Assembly (NCBI RefSeq): GCF_035594765.1 | Contig: NC_085842.1 | Span: 48,212,782 to 48,276,781, forward strand | Direction of reading: 5' to 3' | Source of the DNA: Anolis carolinensis | Taxonomy: Eukaryota | Length of the DNA: 64,000 bases | Shown: piece after piece, positions 21,120 to 34,157 of the stretch | Layout of the letters: each line of letters begins with the position of its first letter | Position numbering within the stretch: position 1 is the first letter of the stretch | Made by a program: the position numbers and the translations under genes | Notes under the pieces: generated by a model | Database searches by the model: none | What the model was told of the DNA's origin: nothing | The model's input: only the letters and a program-made list of their open reading frames with translations

Positions 21120-21340
21120 TAGAATCATAGAGTTGGAAGAGACTTCATGGGCCATCCAGTCCAACCCCCTGCCAAAAAGCAAGAAAATTGCATTCAAAGT
21201 ACCCCAACAGATGGCCATCCAGCCTCTGTTTAAAAGCCTCCAAAGAAGGAAGCCTCCACCACACTCCGGGGCAGAGAGTTCCACTGCTGAAAACTCTCAC
21301 AATTAGGAAGTTCTTCCTAGTGTTCAGGTGGAATCTGAAC
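21120..21340 (-). mobile_element. CR1 3' end inserted in a CT-rich tract
   Basis: tagaatcatagagttggaagagac... same family as 33891-34157 and 15057-15140. Confidence 0.85.
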
Positions 21341-23069
21341 ATCCTCTACTCCGCTATTTCCTCCTCCCTTTCTCTTCCTTCTCTTTGTCTTCATCATCTC
21401 CTCCTTCTCCTCTTCCTCCTCCTCCTCCTTCTCTTCATCTTGTCTCCTTCTCTTTCTCCATCTCCTACTCCTCTTCTCCATCTCCTCTTTCTCTTATTGA
21501 AAATTCAGATCCCCTCCTGAAAGATAAACTCAACGCAAGCTCAGTATAATTAAACATGAACTTTTGCTTTTACTTTATATTATCATACAATTTTGAAATA
21601 GTGTTCCCTCACTACTTTGTGGTTCACTTTTCGCGGTTTTTCAATAAACTCTAAAAGACTACTATAAATCATAAAAAATACAATTTACAGCCTAAGGAAG
21701 GGAGGAAGGAGAAGCCAAAGGGAGAGAAAAGGAGCCCAAATGGCAACGGGAGGAGAAGGAGGCGATTTATCAACACACGATTGGTTGATAAAGACATAAA
21801 ATAGTGTATAACTACTAAAATAATGTATAAATATTAAAATAAATATAACGTCCCTATTTCGCAGATTTTCACTTATTGTGGGTGGTCCTGGAACCTCACC
21901 CCAGCGATAAGTGAGGGCAAACTGTACCAGGAAGGCAATACCTCTCCATCCTGCCCTTTCCTCTATGTTCATTGACCCTGCTTTGGAAGGCTGGCTGACT
22001 GCACATCCCAGAAACATTAACATGTCCCCTTGTGGATGAGAAGATTGTCTCAGGGAAATGCCTCACAGGAAATACTTGTATGCTTCCCAGCCCCCAGACA
22101 TTTTCCCTATATGTGTAAAAAGACATTTAAAGGGGCTTTTCACCGCTCCTGAGAATGCCTGTGTAGTCTTTTGAGATTCATTCATAAACCCTATACAACT
22201 TAATTCTTTATTCTGGCATGGTCATATGTTCATTGATAAAAGTATAACTGTGTGCTGCTGTTGTGTATGGAGATATGTGCTCATATGATTCAGCACATTA
22301 ATAAGTCCTGGAAAACCTGTTGAATAATTGAACATGCCTGCTTGTGTACCTGAGGCACTCCTGGCTTCCCACCCATTGTGAAGATACCCTCATGTAAGGT
22401 TTTCCGGCTTATTGATAAAATCTGGAGGTAATTGCTCCTGGAGATAAGCACATGGCTTACCAGTGTATACTATTTCTTGAACTGTTACATCAGCGTAATT
22501 ACCCGTTGTGTTTTACCAGACTTCTTCCTTTGTATTAACTGGACTGAGCAATTAATCCCATCATAGACCATTTTCCATATTTCCACAGCGCTTTCTGGAG
22601 GTCTGCAACTCTTGATCCATGCTTGAAACCAACAAATAACAGCTTCTCGAATTTCCCACCATCGAGCAAATCAATCACTGAAGCCACTGCATGGAGCTCA
22701 CGACCAACAAGAGCCTAAATCCTAGCCAGCTCCAATTTCCTCCAATCAGAGGCTAGAGAGGTCATTCTAAATTGCTGTCAAAGTAAGTAAGTAAGTGAGC
22801 AACCAATAAGTAATTATTGGTGTAGCATAGCACACCGAGCTCTGAATCCATGGTCTTTGCGGATAGCTGAAATCACTTGACATTCTTCTTCTTCCCTTTT
22901 TCCTCCTCCTCTCCTTTTCCTTCTCTTTTTCTCCTCTTCTCTTTCTCCTTCTGTTCCTCGTCCTCTTTTTCTTCCTTTCTTCTTCTTCTTCCTCCTCCTC
23001 CTCCTCCTCCCTCTTTGCTTTATAACTTGTCCACCACACTACGATAAAATGTAATTTGATGTGTTTCAC

Positions 23070-23305
23070 ATTTATTTATTTATTTATTTATTTACAGCAT
23101 TTATATTCCGCCCTTCTCACCCCGAAGGGGACTCAGGACGGATCACATTACACATATAGGCAAACATTCAATGCCTTTTAACATAGAACAAAGACAAGAC
23201 AAACACAGGCTCCTAGCGGGCCTCGAACTCATGACCTCCTGGTCAGAATGATTCATTGCAGCTGGTTGAAGCTGGCGTGCTCTCCAGCCTGCGCCACAGC
23301 CCGGG
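23070..23305 (-). mobile_element. tRNA-derived SINE with L2-like 3' end (longer copy at 40622-41070)
   Basis: A box TGGCGCAGGCTGG, B box GAGTTCGAGGCC, tail ctgagtccccttcgggg...(taaa)n. Confidence 0.75.
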
Positions 23306-25249
23306 CAAAGAGTTTTGGTGTTTTTATACTTTTTGGATAGCTTGGTTGGAGTCAAGAACCATCTATACATTTTCTTTAAGCCTCAAGATCAAAACTGGTA
23401 GTTGGCCACATTATTGACCAACATGTCACCATGCTCTTGTTGCAGAAAGCTGTGAATATCTTTCTGGGTGCAAATCAAAATGCTGGTTATAACCTATGAA
23501 GCCCTGCACAGCTTGGGTCCAGACTTTCTGAAACACTTGTATTGAGAACATTAAGGAAGGCACTGATGCTAGTCCTGCTCCACTAAGGATGCATCTACGC
23601 TGTAGAAATAATGCAGTTCAGCACCGCTTGAGCTACCATGGCTCATTGCTTTGGAATTGTGGGAATTGTAGTTTGGTGAGGCACCAGCACTCTTTGGCAG
23701 AGACAGCAAAAAAAATCTTGTAAAACTACAACTCCAGTGATTTCTTACATTGAACCATGGCAATTAAAGTGATGCCAATCTGCATTCATTCAACAGTGTG
23801 CACATGCAAGTAGGTTTTACAAAAGTACCTTTATCATTAAAAATGTTATTTGAGGTGTGTTTGGAGAATCAAATGATAGAATGTCTCTGTATCGGGGGGG
23901 GGGGGGGGCGGCTGTGATACAGAAAAGTAATGAATACCCCCCTTAAAAATGTAGGCACCACATGCTTTACTTATTACAAACCAGAATGTGTGAATTTGTG
24001 TGTTTTAGTGGGCGCCTCTTCTCTCGTATGCCCTGAGGGATGCCACACTAATCTAATGTTCCTTAATATGATCTTGTTTTCCAGGTCATTGATTTAATTT
24101 CACAGAACTGTAGAGGCTATAGTCGTTTCATTCACTGTAGTGTTATGAGCATCAAGTGATATTTTTCTAGCTGTTAAAATTTTCAGGGCTCACTCAGTCT
24201 TTATCTAAATCCCTTGCTTAATCTCTGCGGATACAATAAGGAAAGTTGAATTGCTCATCTCTGTGTTAATTTTTAGAAGGAAGTATAATTCATTTTACAT
24301 CCAGTATATTAGGCATACAGCGTTCAAATCTGCGCCTTATATTTACTTTCATCTCTGCTGTTATCTATGAGCATTTCCAGATGGGGCTAAGGTGTCAAGA
24401 AGTTTCAGTTTTCAGCATCTTTAAAAAGATTTAAACATTTGAACACTTTATGAATGTAATTTGACATCACTATAACTGCCATTGCTTACTGCTATGGAAG
24501 CATTGGAGTTGTAGTTTGGTGGGGCACCAGCATTTTTGGGCAGAGAAGGCTAAAGTCATTAGTGATTCCATAGCATTGAGGCAATGCATTAATCCTACAA
24601 TGTAGATGCACACTCATACTACTCTCTGGAACCCCCTGTACGAGTGCAGCACTTTATTCCCATTCTCAAGTGCACTTCTTTTTAAATCTGATACATATCT
24701 CCTCTTTTTGTCTCTTCTTTTGTTATGGACAAGATCCCCTATCATCAGAAATAGGGACAATAGGGCTTATTAAAGTTCCCCGTACAAAGCTCAATTTGGT
24801 AGTACCTGACAAAGTGAAAAGGAGCAACAGCTCTAACACAAAAGTTATCCAAGTCTGATATTGGTTCCAATGTATATAGGCTTCAGGGATACATAATCAA
24901 TGAAAATATCTTGTAAACAAAGTAAACAGACGATTGATCATGTTGCTGTATACTGGAATGAAGAAAATAATGATGGAGCACCGCTCTCAAGAAAGTCTTC
25001 GCAAGTAAAGTCCAAATACAGCCCCAAGACTACAGGGGTTCCCGGATATTTTTGTACCCTTCTTTCAGGGAGAAAATCCCCTTCTTCAAGAGTTGGTATA
25101 CTCAGCAACAATGAACTTATATCTAAAACAAAACATAGAGTAACAAGTATTTTACCAGCAGTATTAACAGAAGTAAAGGTAACCCATATAACTGTTATAT
25201 ACTTACATAGTGCCTAATTGCTTACAAGGAGTGACTCTGCTTGTGGTGA

Positions 25250-25612
25250 TTTCAACTGTGGTGTTGGAGAAAAATTCTGAGAGTGCCTCGGACTGCCAGA
25301 AGATCCATCCAGTCCATACTCCAGGAAATAATGACCGGCTGCTCACCGGACGGGATATTGGAGGAAAAAATGAAGTACTTTGGCCACATCATGAGAAGAC
25401 AGGAAAGCTTGGAGAACGTAATGATGCTGGGGAAAATGGAAGGAAAAAGGAAGATGGGCCGACCTAGGGCAAGATGGATGGATAGTACCCTTGAAGGGAC
25501 TGGCTTGACCTTGAAGGAGCTGGGGGTGGTGATTGTCAACAGGGAGTTCTGTCATGGGCTGGTCCATGAGGTCACAAAAAGTCGGAAGTGACTGAACGAA
25601 TAAACACAAAAT
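25250..25612 (+). mobile_element. RTE/BovB LINE 3' end
   Basis: TARRSIQSILQEI...KMKYFGHIMRRQESLE..MMLGKMEGKRK.GRPRARWMD. Confidence 0.88.
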
Positions 25613-25814
25613 GAAGGGTTTTTTTTCAATGTGGAAAGATCACAGGACCACACGAGCAAACTGCTCCCTCATTTAAAAACGGTCCCAGAAATCAGCACAA
25701 ATAGCCAAGCCCACACAAAACAAACAAATGCAGAGGCAAGCTAGGCAGTTATACAGTGAGAACTCATGCTTCTTTAAATGGATCTTTAAGCACCTGTGTC
25801 AGCCCCTTAAAATA

Positions 25815-26100
25815 GAAGCCCCCGGTGGCACAGTGGGTCAAATCCTTGTGCCTGCAAGACTGATGACTTGAAAGTTGGATTGCTGGCCTGAAGGTTACTG
25901 GTTTGAATCTAACCTAGGGAGAGCACGGATGAGCTCCCTCTATCAGGTCCAGCTCCATGCAGGGATATGAGACAAGCCTCCCAAAGGATGGTAAAAACAT
26001 CAAAACATCCGGGTGTCCCCTGGCCAGCGTACTTATAGATGGCCAATTCTCTCACACCAGAAGCAACTTGCAGTTTCTCAAGTCGCTCCTGATATGAAAA
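25815..26100 (+). mobile_element. Sauria SINE fragment
   Basis: tRNA-derived head gcccccggtggcacagtgggt and gagctccc core. Confidence 0.7.
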
Positions 26101-26460
26101 ATAACCTTAAAATAAAAGAACAGGAGAGACGGGGGGAGGAGGGGGAGGAGGAGGAGGAAGCGGAGCGGCAGTCGTTGCCGCTACCGCCACTGTCCTGGTT
26201 ATTGTCTCTAAACTAAAGCGTATATACAACACAGTTTGATGGATGTTTGTTTATTCAAGATGTTTAGCCACATTATCCTAGGATAAAGAAGATAATACAT
26301 TACAACTCTAGCTCAGAGCCAGTATGGTTTAGTGTTTTGAGCATTTGCCTATGACTCTGAAGTTTAGGATTCAATTCCTTGCTCAGATATAGAAACCCAC
26401 TGGGGGCAAATCTATACTAAATTGATTCCTAACTGGCATTCTAGATGCTGGATGGGGTAT

Positions 26461-26950
26461 TGAGGCGGGAGGTTAAAGAACCCCAGGAAATACCATATAT
26501 GGGCAGAGATGGCGACGGCTAGCGACCCGGGTGCATAAACTCACAGAAACATGTGAGTTCTGGGAAATCATGTGTTTCTGAAGAAATGAAAGCTAAAGAT
26601 AAACAAACAGCGCATGCGTACGCAGGCGCTCTGAATGATTGTGAACACGGCACAGAAAGAGTGCGGCCGGACCGCTGGTCAGCGCTGATTGGGTCCAAGT
26701 CAAGCAGCGTCACAACTCTAAGCCAATGAATTTGCTTGTGGGCGGGCATAACCCGAACCCTGTAGTGTGTATAAATATTTACTCAGCCCGCCACTGGGGG
26801 TTCTCCCTGGGAAAAGCACTTATTTTGTGCGAGGGGGAACCCTAGTGGCCACTAGCCAAATAAAACTGCTTTCTTGGAATTATTCCAGTTGTCCGTCTCC
26901 AATCCCTCCACAGCGCTCAACAAGGACCGTAGCACAAAGGTTCCGCTACA
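26461..26950 (+). mobile_element. Solo LTR (ERV1- or Gypsy-like), 490 bp
   Basis: TG...CA termini (tgaggcgg...ccgctaca), 4-bp TSD GTAT at 26457-26460 and 26951-26954, CCAAT boxes, GC box, TATAAATA at 26770, AATAAA at 26859. Confidence 0.85.
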
Positions 26951-29900
26951 GTATGAGAAGTGGCCACACAGGAACTCACACCACCCAACAGCTTTGAACC
27001 CTTTGGCCATAAGATGCCTGGAGTGGGAGCTGCAGTTGCTTTGAAGCAACTCAAGGGTTTGAAATTCATAAAAAAGGACTGGTTTGGGTTTTTGTTTTTC
27101 AATTTTGCTTGAAACTGATATCCTCCAGCATTTCACAGATGAAAATCAGGACATGTGTGTGGCTAAAAAAAATTGGAGGATGGCAAAATGTATTGATTAA
27201 GGAGACAGGACCAGTTAGACGAGCCTGTTCAAGTTTGCTTTGTCCCAAACTTAATGAGGCTCCTTCCACACTGCCCCTATATCCCAGGATCTGATCCCAG
27301 ATTATCTTCTTATCCCAGATTATCTATGGTACCTTCCACACAGCTGAATAAAATCTCACAATATCTGCTTTGAACTGGGATATATGGCAGTGTGGACTCA
27401 GATATTCCTGTTCAAAGCAGATATTGTGGGTTAGTCTGCCTTGGTATTCTGGGTTATATGGCTGCGTGGAAGGGCCCTAGCAGTGAAGACTCATATAATC
27501 CAGTTTAAAGCAGATAATCTGAAATCGGATCCTGGCATATAGGGCAGTGTAGATGGGGACTGAGAAAGGCAAGTTTCTCTTGTCTCCTCTCCTGACTGCT
27601 AAATTAACAGTGCAAACATAAGTTTGCAATAATCTAATTGAGCTGAGAAGAAAGGGAGGAAGCAGGAGGAGGAGAGAGAAAATGAGGCATTTTGAAAGCA
27701 GCTGAAAAATTAAGATGACAGAGGAATAATTGGGATTGTCCCACTCCCCACACATCAGATCGTTGTGTGAAACAAATATAAAGCCTCGTAAGGGCCACAA
27801 AAATAGCCAGAGTGGTGTATTGGTTACTTGCTTATTTATTTGACTTATGTGCTCCCTTTCTCCTGGATTTGGATCCAAGGAGGCTCACAACAGGCATGTT
27901 TGGGTGGTCTGAATATTGGATTAGAACTGCAGTAGACCAGAGCACTCTGTTGTGAAAACCCATTGGATGACTTTGAGCAAGCCACACATTCTCAGCCTCA
28001 GAGAAAGGCAGTGGCAAAGATCCTCTGAATAAACATTATTTTAAAAAAAGTGTCCCCATAACTCAAAGTCAACATGAAGTTGCTTAACAACAACAGGCTA
28101 CCAGCCAAACATTTGCTTGGCTCATTATCTGCCCAGGCAATGCTGAGCCAATGTCCTCATTTTTATTTATTCTTGCATATTCTTGCCTAAAGATCATGAC
28201 ATTTACCATTCATTACACTCTGGGAGTTATAAACACCAAAATCTGAGGATGCTCAAGTCCCATTAAATACAATATTTATTTAAATGGCATCTCTTCTATA
28301 AAAGGGCAAAATCAAGGTTTCCTTTTTGGATATTTTTGAAATTTTTTCTCAAGTTGTGGATAGTTAAATTTGTGGGTGCAGAACCTGTGGATATGTAGGA
28401 CCAGTTGAACAGACAGTCATAAGGTCAGTTTATGACAAGATTTCTACTCAGTGTTACAGGGCTGCAAAGAGGTAGAGCTAGACACATGGTTGCCCGTTTT
28501 GCTGGCACTCTCAAATTTAGTGCCATGTCTTGATTGACCCACATTGTTACAGCAACATGAAAAAGTCATCCACTTCTCATTTATGTCTTTGTGGAAAGAG
28601 ACTAACAACTTAATAATGAGATTAATCATCTTTATCAGCTACTTTTAAAAATGATGTCTTGTAATGCTTTTCACGCTGGACTGATTCCCATGTTAAGGAC
28701 TTTTTCATCCTGTTTCTGATGATGATAAGATCATTACTGTCAATTCATAACAATGGCAACATTACATCATTATGGCTGTTTTATGTTACTGGATGTGGTC
28801 CAGAAAGCAACTAAGTTAGATTAGTTTGCCTTAAAACAATGTGTTCTAAAATTTGCAGATGGGTTCTTTCTGTAGACTTTTGGACTATTTCTAACAGCCA
28901 AATTCAGAAACATTAGGAGCTCCATGCCATTATAAGCTTCAACCTCTGGTGCAGATCAAATGGCTATTAAAGGCACAGAAGCAGACCAAAGCTAATTTCT
29001 TTATGATCAACTGGCCATCATAACTATATGAAAAGTCAGCCCTCCATATCCACATACTCTGCATCCATGGATTCAACTATCCATGGGTTTAAAATATTTT
29101 TTTTTAAAAAAAACACAAAAAGCAAGCCTTCATTTTGCTATTTTATACAAGGGACACCATTTTAAATAATGGGACTTGACCATCTGGGGATTTTGGTATC
29201 TTATAGGGCTTCCTGGACCAAACCCTAGTAAATACCAAGGGCCCACTGTAGTGACACCAGAACTATTTAACATACATATTGTTAACACACACTGTTTGTT
29301 CACATATGTGCAAAAAAAAACCCTACCAATATATGCAACCTGTGTCCTAAGATGTGATACATAAACCAACCTCTGTACTAAAAAAGCATAGAGTAAGAGT
29401 GCATCTACACTACAGAATTAATGCAGTTTGATACTGACTGCCATGGCTCGATGCTGGAGTCTGGTGAGACATCAGCACCTTTCGGCAGAGACTAAAGACC
29501 TTATGAGTCCAGAGCATTGAATCATGGCCTTTTAACTAGTGTCGAACTGCATTAAGTCTACAGTGTAGATGCACGAAGTTCAGCCCTGGATTTAGTTCAC
29601 CCCTGTTCTACACAATTGCAGGGCTATGATTCCACTTTAAGTCCCCTGCTTGCATCATATAGAATCCTAGGATTTGAACAAAGTTGGTTTCCACTCTGGG
29701 AGAAAGGTGGCATTATAAATTAAATTTGATGAGGCACTAAACTCCTCTGACTGAGAATTCTCAATGCTTCTTCCTCAACTCTACTTAAAGTGGCAGTTAA
29801 AGTGGAACCATAGTACTCTAATTGTATAGTGTGAAAGAATCCCTGGGCTCATCAACAGTCGTTTTCCCAGCTTTAAAAGGCATATTCACCTTATCTGATT

Positions 29901-31189
29901 CTTTAATGAGTCCAATTATTTCACAGTATAAACATGCGTGTCTAGACATAACTTTCAAATGTTACCAATTACTGTATCTAAGATCATTTTTAAGTTCCAG
30001 ATTTAAAATACATGTTACGCTCTTAATTTGCTTCTGTGTCTGCCATTACCCTTGCAATGTTTTGCTTGTTCTATTGTGCATTGATGTTATGGACTATTGT
30101 TGCAATCTTCCTGAGACTAATCTTACCGGACTCAAAAATAATTGTAAGGTACTGTACCTTCAGGCTCAAGCAAACATACATTTGTTCAGAACTGGAGCTT
30201 GGAAACAACAAAATAGAAATTACAATGTTCCTTTTTGGGGCTGGGGGGAGAATGGGACTAGAATAAAATTAATGTACACCTGGCTATCTCAAAATCTTTT
30301 ACAGCACTGAGATGACAATAGTGCTTGGAAACACATTTGCACACATAATGATATGAAGCCTTGAACTGGCTATATAAATATAGAACAGCTGTATAAGTGT
30401 GTCTCTGAGTTCTTTCCGGATTTTTCATTCTGAAGTACACAGTCCTTTTTGATGCAGTTGTGACTAAATGGTCATGCATGGCTGCAGTTGGTGCCATTAA
30501 TCATTTCTCAGTACTTTTCATTCCGACTCCCTGCAATTTCCCCTCTCCTTCCAAGCAAACAATATGTTGGCAATCAGTCGGCAACCTTTTCATATTTTCT
30601 TCCTGGATCCCAACGCGGCAACCTTTTAATATTTTATTCCTGGATCTTCCTGGTGAAACTCTCATCAAGTCTTACCAAAAGGCAACAGCTCTGCAACAGG
30701 GCATCCCAAACTTTACATATGCAATTAGACATCATAAATGCTTGGCGCAAGAATATATTGGAAAGCTGCGTTCTGTCTTCAAATCCTAGGTGTATGTATG
30801 ATACAGTAAAGAAGTAAATTAAGAGCCAGCATGATGTCCTGGAATCAGTGTTGGATGAAAGACTTTATTGCGCAAACCACTACTCCATTGAAGTTGCACT
30901 ATCATTAATTTTAATCCTTGTTCTGTGTATTTTAATATATATATTTGTAGAAATTTTACATAATGTTTATGATGATTGTGTGTTATAGCTATGTTTTAAT
31001 CTTCCTCTCTTGGAAATAGCAACCTCCCAAGCCTTTCACTATTTATTTGTTAATGTATATATTTGCTAATCTGTATTTTGTGTGTATGTTGAGTTGCCAG
31101 TTTGATTGTATGTTTTTGGAGTAGGAGGGGTTATAGACATGTGATTGTACTGAGGATGTTCAGACTCAGGACTCAATTTTGTAGTCTCT

Positions 31190-31310
31190 CAGTGGAGGTG
31201 GATGTCTGTCTGCTTTACACCTCAGCCGAGGTGGATGCCTTTTTACTCAGCACCTTAGCTGTGGTGGATGCCTGTTTGCTTCACACTTCTGTGGAGGTGG
31301 ATGCATGTTG
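31190..31310. repeat. 33-bp minisatellite, about 3.5 degenerate units
   Basis: ggtggatg recurs every 33 nt. Confidence 0.85.
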
Positions 31311-33890
31311 CTGTTTGAACTTGAGTAGAGAAGTATGACTTACGCGCCTCAGTGAGTACAACTACAATGTTCCCTCACTTATTGTGGAGGTTCCGTTCCA
31401 GGACCAACCGCAATAAGTGAAAAAGGGAAACTTGCACCTTTTGTGCATGCACACCACTCAGAAAAAAAATGCGAAGCAGTGAGGGAGCGAAAAGTGAACC
31501 GCAAAGTAGTGAGGGAATACTGTATACCTAAAAGACTATGGACTATTGATTAAGAATTATACCTTGTGTACTTAATACACAGTGAAATTACATCCTATTC
31601 CTATCTATAACTGAAATTAAATAAGAAATGTGCCTGTATGTTGAATGAATAGAAGATGTTTGTTAGTAAACAAGATATGTTATTTTTCAAAGAAGACTTT
31701 ATTTTTATCTTTGCATATTTTAAACTAAGAGGTTTAAAGGGAGTGTATATTTTTGGGCAATTACAATTACAATTACAACTACAATTTCAACTTCAAAGAA
31801 ACAACCATCCCCTGCTAATCAAATATATTTTTGTAGTGGCATGTCTTTGTCCTTGGCAGTTCAAAGACATGGTTCTTCAGTTTAACAGCTGAGTTACCTG
31901 TGTGCCATTATATGAATGCTTATAAATATCACTTGTTCAAAGGGCTGACTTCTAACAAGGTCATGCTTTTCTTATGATTTTCAAAAGATGGTCTTCACAT
32001 GTTCACAGAGATTCACATTTGCCAAACAAATATGATAATCATTTTCCCTTTTCAATAAGGTTATGATTGCCATTTATTTCCAAAGCGATCTGTGCCCAGA
32101 GACTGGGTGCAGTTATTTCCAATTGCCTCGAGCTGCAAAGAGAGGTGGGTAAGAAATAAAATTGAGCATATTCAATATTGCACCTCTCCTTAAATGTACA
32201 ATTTTCTTGATTCAACAATTTGTTGCTCCACATACTTCTCACACTATTCTCATTATTTCTATCCCGCCCTTCTCACCCGAAGGGACTCAGGGCGGCTCAC
32301 AATCTGGCAAAATTCAATGCCAATATACAATACAAAAAGATAAAACATAAGCAATTAAAACAATTGGGTAATTTAACAAAATACAATAAATAGATTTAAA
32401 ACCATACATTATAAAATACTTGAGCCATTCGTCCACAAGACCTTATACATAAACCTTAATCCGGACCGAGTCGAGACAACATATCCTAACTGACAGCGAA
32501 CGCTGACACCACTTTTGGTAGAAAGAGTTTTCTGGCTTTTAAACTATGTTGTCCTAACGAAAGGAAGACAAGGTTGATTCACTCTGATGGGGAACAGTTC
32601 CTCCCACTCTTTTGGCAGATGTAATAACCACTAAAATTGTCTTCCAAGTTCATAATTGTCTTCTACTGTTCATAATTCCCACACTACTGCTCTTCTGTAA
32701 TTGTTTATTTTTATTTAAGAGCATTTGAAAAAAAACCGGTAAATATAACTATAAGTTTAAAGAAATGGAAGCAGGACAGCTTTGAAATAATAAAGGAGGA
32801 GGATTCTGCCCCCTGATGCTACTTTCCTGCCAGTATGGCAGCACAGAAGCACTAAGTTAAGTGATGGAAACATTGCAGGATTGTGAACTATTAACAGGTT
32901 TTACCTCTTGATAGTAAGGGATTGGATCATCATGGGGAGGAGACAGATTGGTAGCAAGATGCACAGTGTTGTGTAATAGGGACCATCACAAAATGTCTAG
33001 CTGCAATATTGGTATTCCTGAAATAAAGTCTTAAAGCTCTCTTGATCACAGAAACTTGGTGAGGTTGGGCAAGTCATACTCTTCCAGGCTCAGATAGAGA
33101 TAACAGCAAGCTGCCTTTGACAATTCTCACCAAGGAAACCCCATTACAGCTTTGCCTTAGGGTTTTGAAGGGACACAACAACAAAAAAAGGTGATTACAA
33201 AATGATAATGGTATGTTGCTGCATTACGATAAGAAAACTGGCATGTGTAATCATAATACACCATGCAAAATATTCCATATAAATAATGTTATGTTTATGC
33301 TGGGAATGAATTTTATTTCCTTTGTTTACAAAGAAGAAAGCATCTGGATTTAGTTAGGTTTCCAGCCAACACTTACCATGCATTCTTCAATCCACATAAA
33401 AACAAAAAGATGCAACTAATGTTATGCTCATTTGATGTGTGTTTCACAAGAAGATGTTGGTTCACTTAGTTTTTATAGAATTGATTACTATTAAACTAAG
33501 TCCCTTTCACTTAATAAATATTACCATTTGGATAATTTTATGTCACTTCTGAGGGAATAATAGGACCTGATATATTGAAATCAGAGATGAGGAACCTGGC
33601 CAGATGCTAAAATCCCTATCATCCTAATATTTGGATTGGAGCTAATGGAGACCATTGCTCAACCACATTTGGAAAGCTAGCAGTTCCCTATATCTAAATT
33701 TGGAACAGATTTGCAAAGATGTACTTGGGAGTCCATGGATTTCCCCTACATTCAGGATGATGATTAAATCCTTGAATTTTGCATATTACGTGGTCTTGCT
33801 TGAGTCCCTTTTAGGAAATGATAGGGGGAAAACAGGGAAGAAGAACTCTTAAATAACATCAATATTCAGAACGTTACAAGTATTTTAATA

Positions 33891-34157
33891 GGACACGGAA
33901 CAATGGCTTCAAACTACAGGAAAGGAGATTCCACCTGAACATCAGGAAGAACTTCCTGACTGTGAGAGCTGTTCGGCAGTGGAACTCTCTGCCCCGGACT
34001 GTGGTGGAGGCTCCTTCTTTGGAGGCTTTTAAGCAGAGGCTGGATGGCCATCTGTCGGGGGTGCTTTGAATGCGATTTCCTGCTTCTTGGCAGGGGGTTG
34101 GACTGGATGGCCCATGAGGTCTCTTCCAACTCTACTATTCTATGATTCTATGATTCT
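33891..34157 (+). mobile_element. CR1 3' end, young
   Basis: [23 protein letters not shown]...FKQRLDGHL followed by an (attctatg)n tail. Confidence 0.9.

Noticed and set aside
26500-26800. Promoter of an unannotated host gene or snRNA
   Set aside because: The motifs lie within TG...CA termini with a 4-bp TSD, so they belong to an LTR.
31190-31310. CRISPR-like array
   Set aside because: Eukaryotic DNA; contiguous degenerate 33-bp units with no unique spacers.
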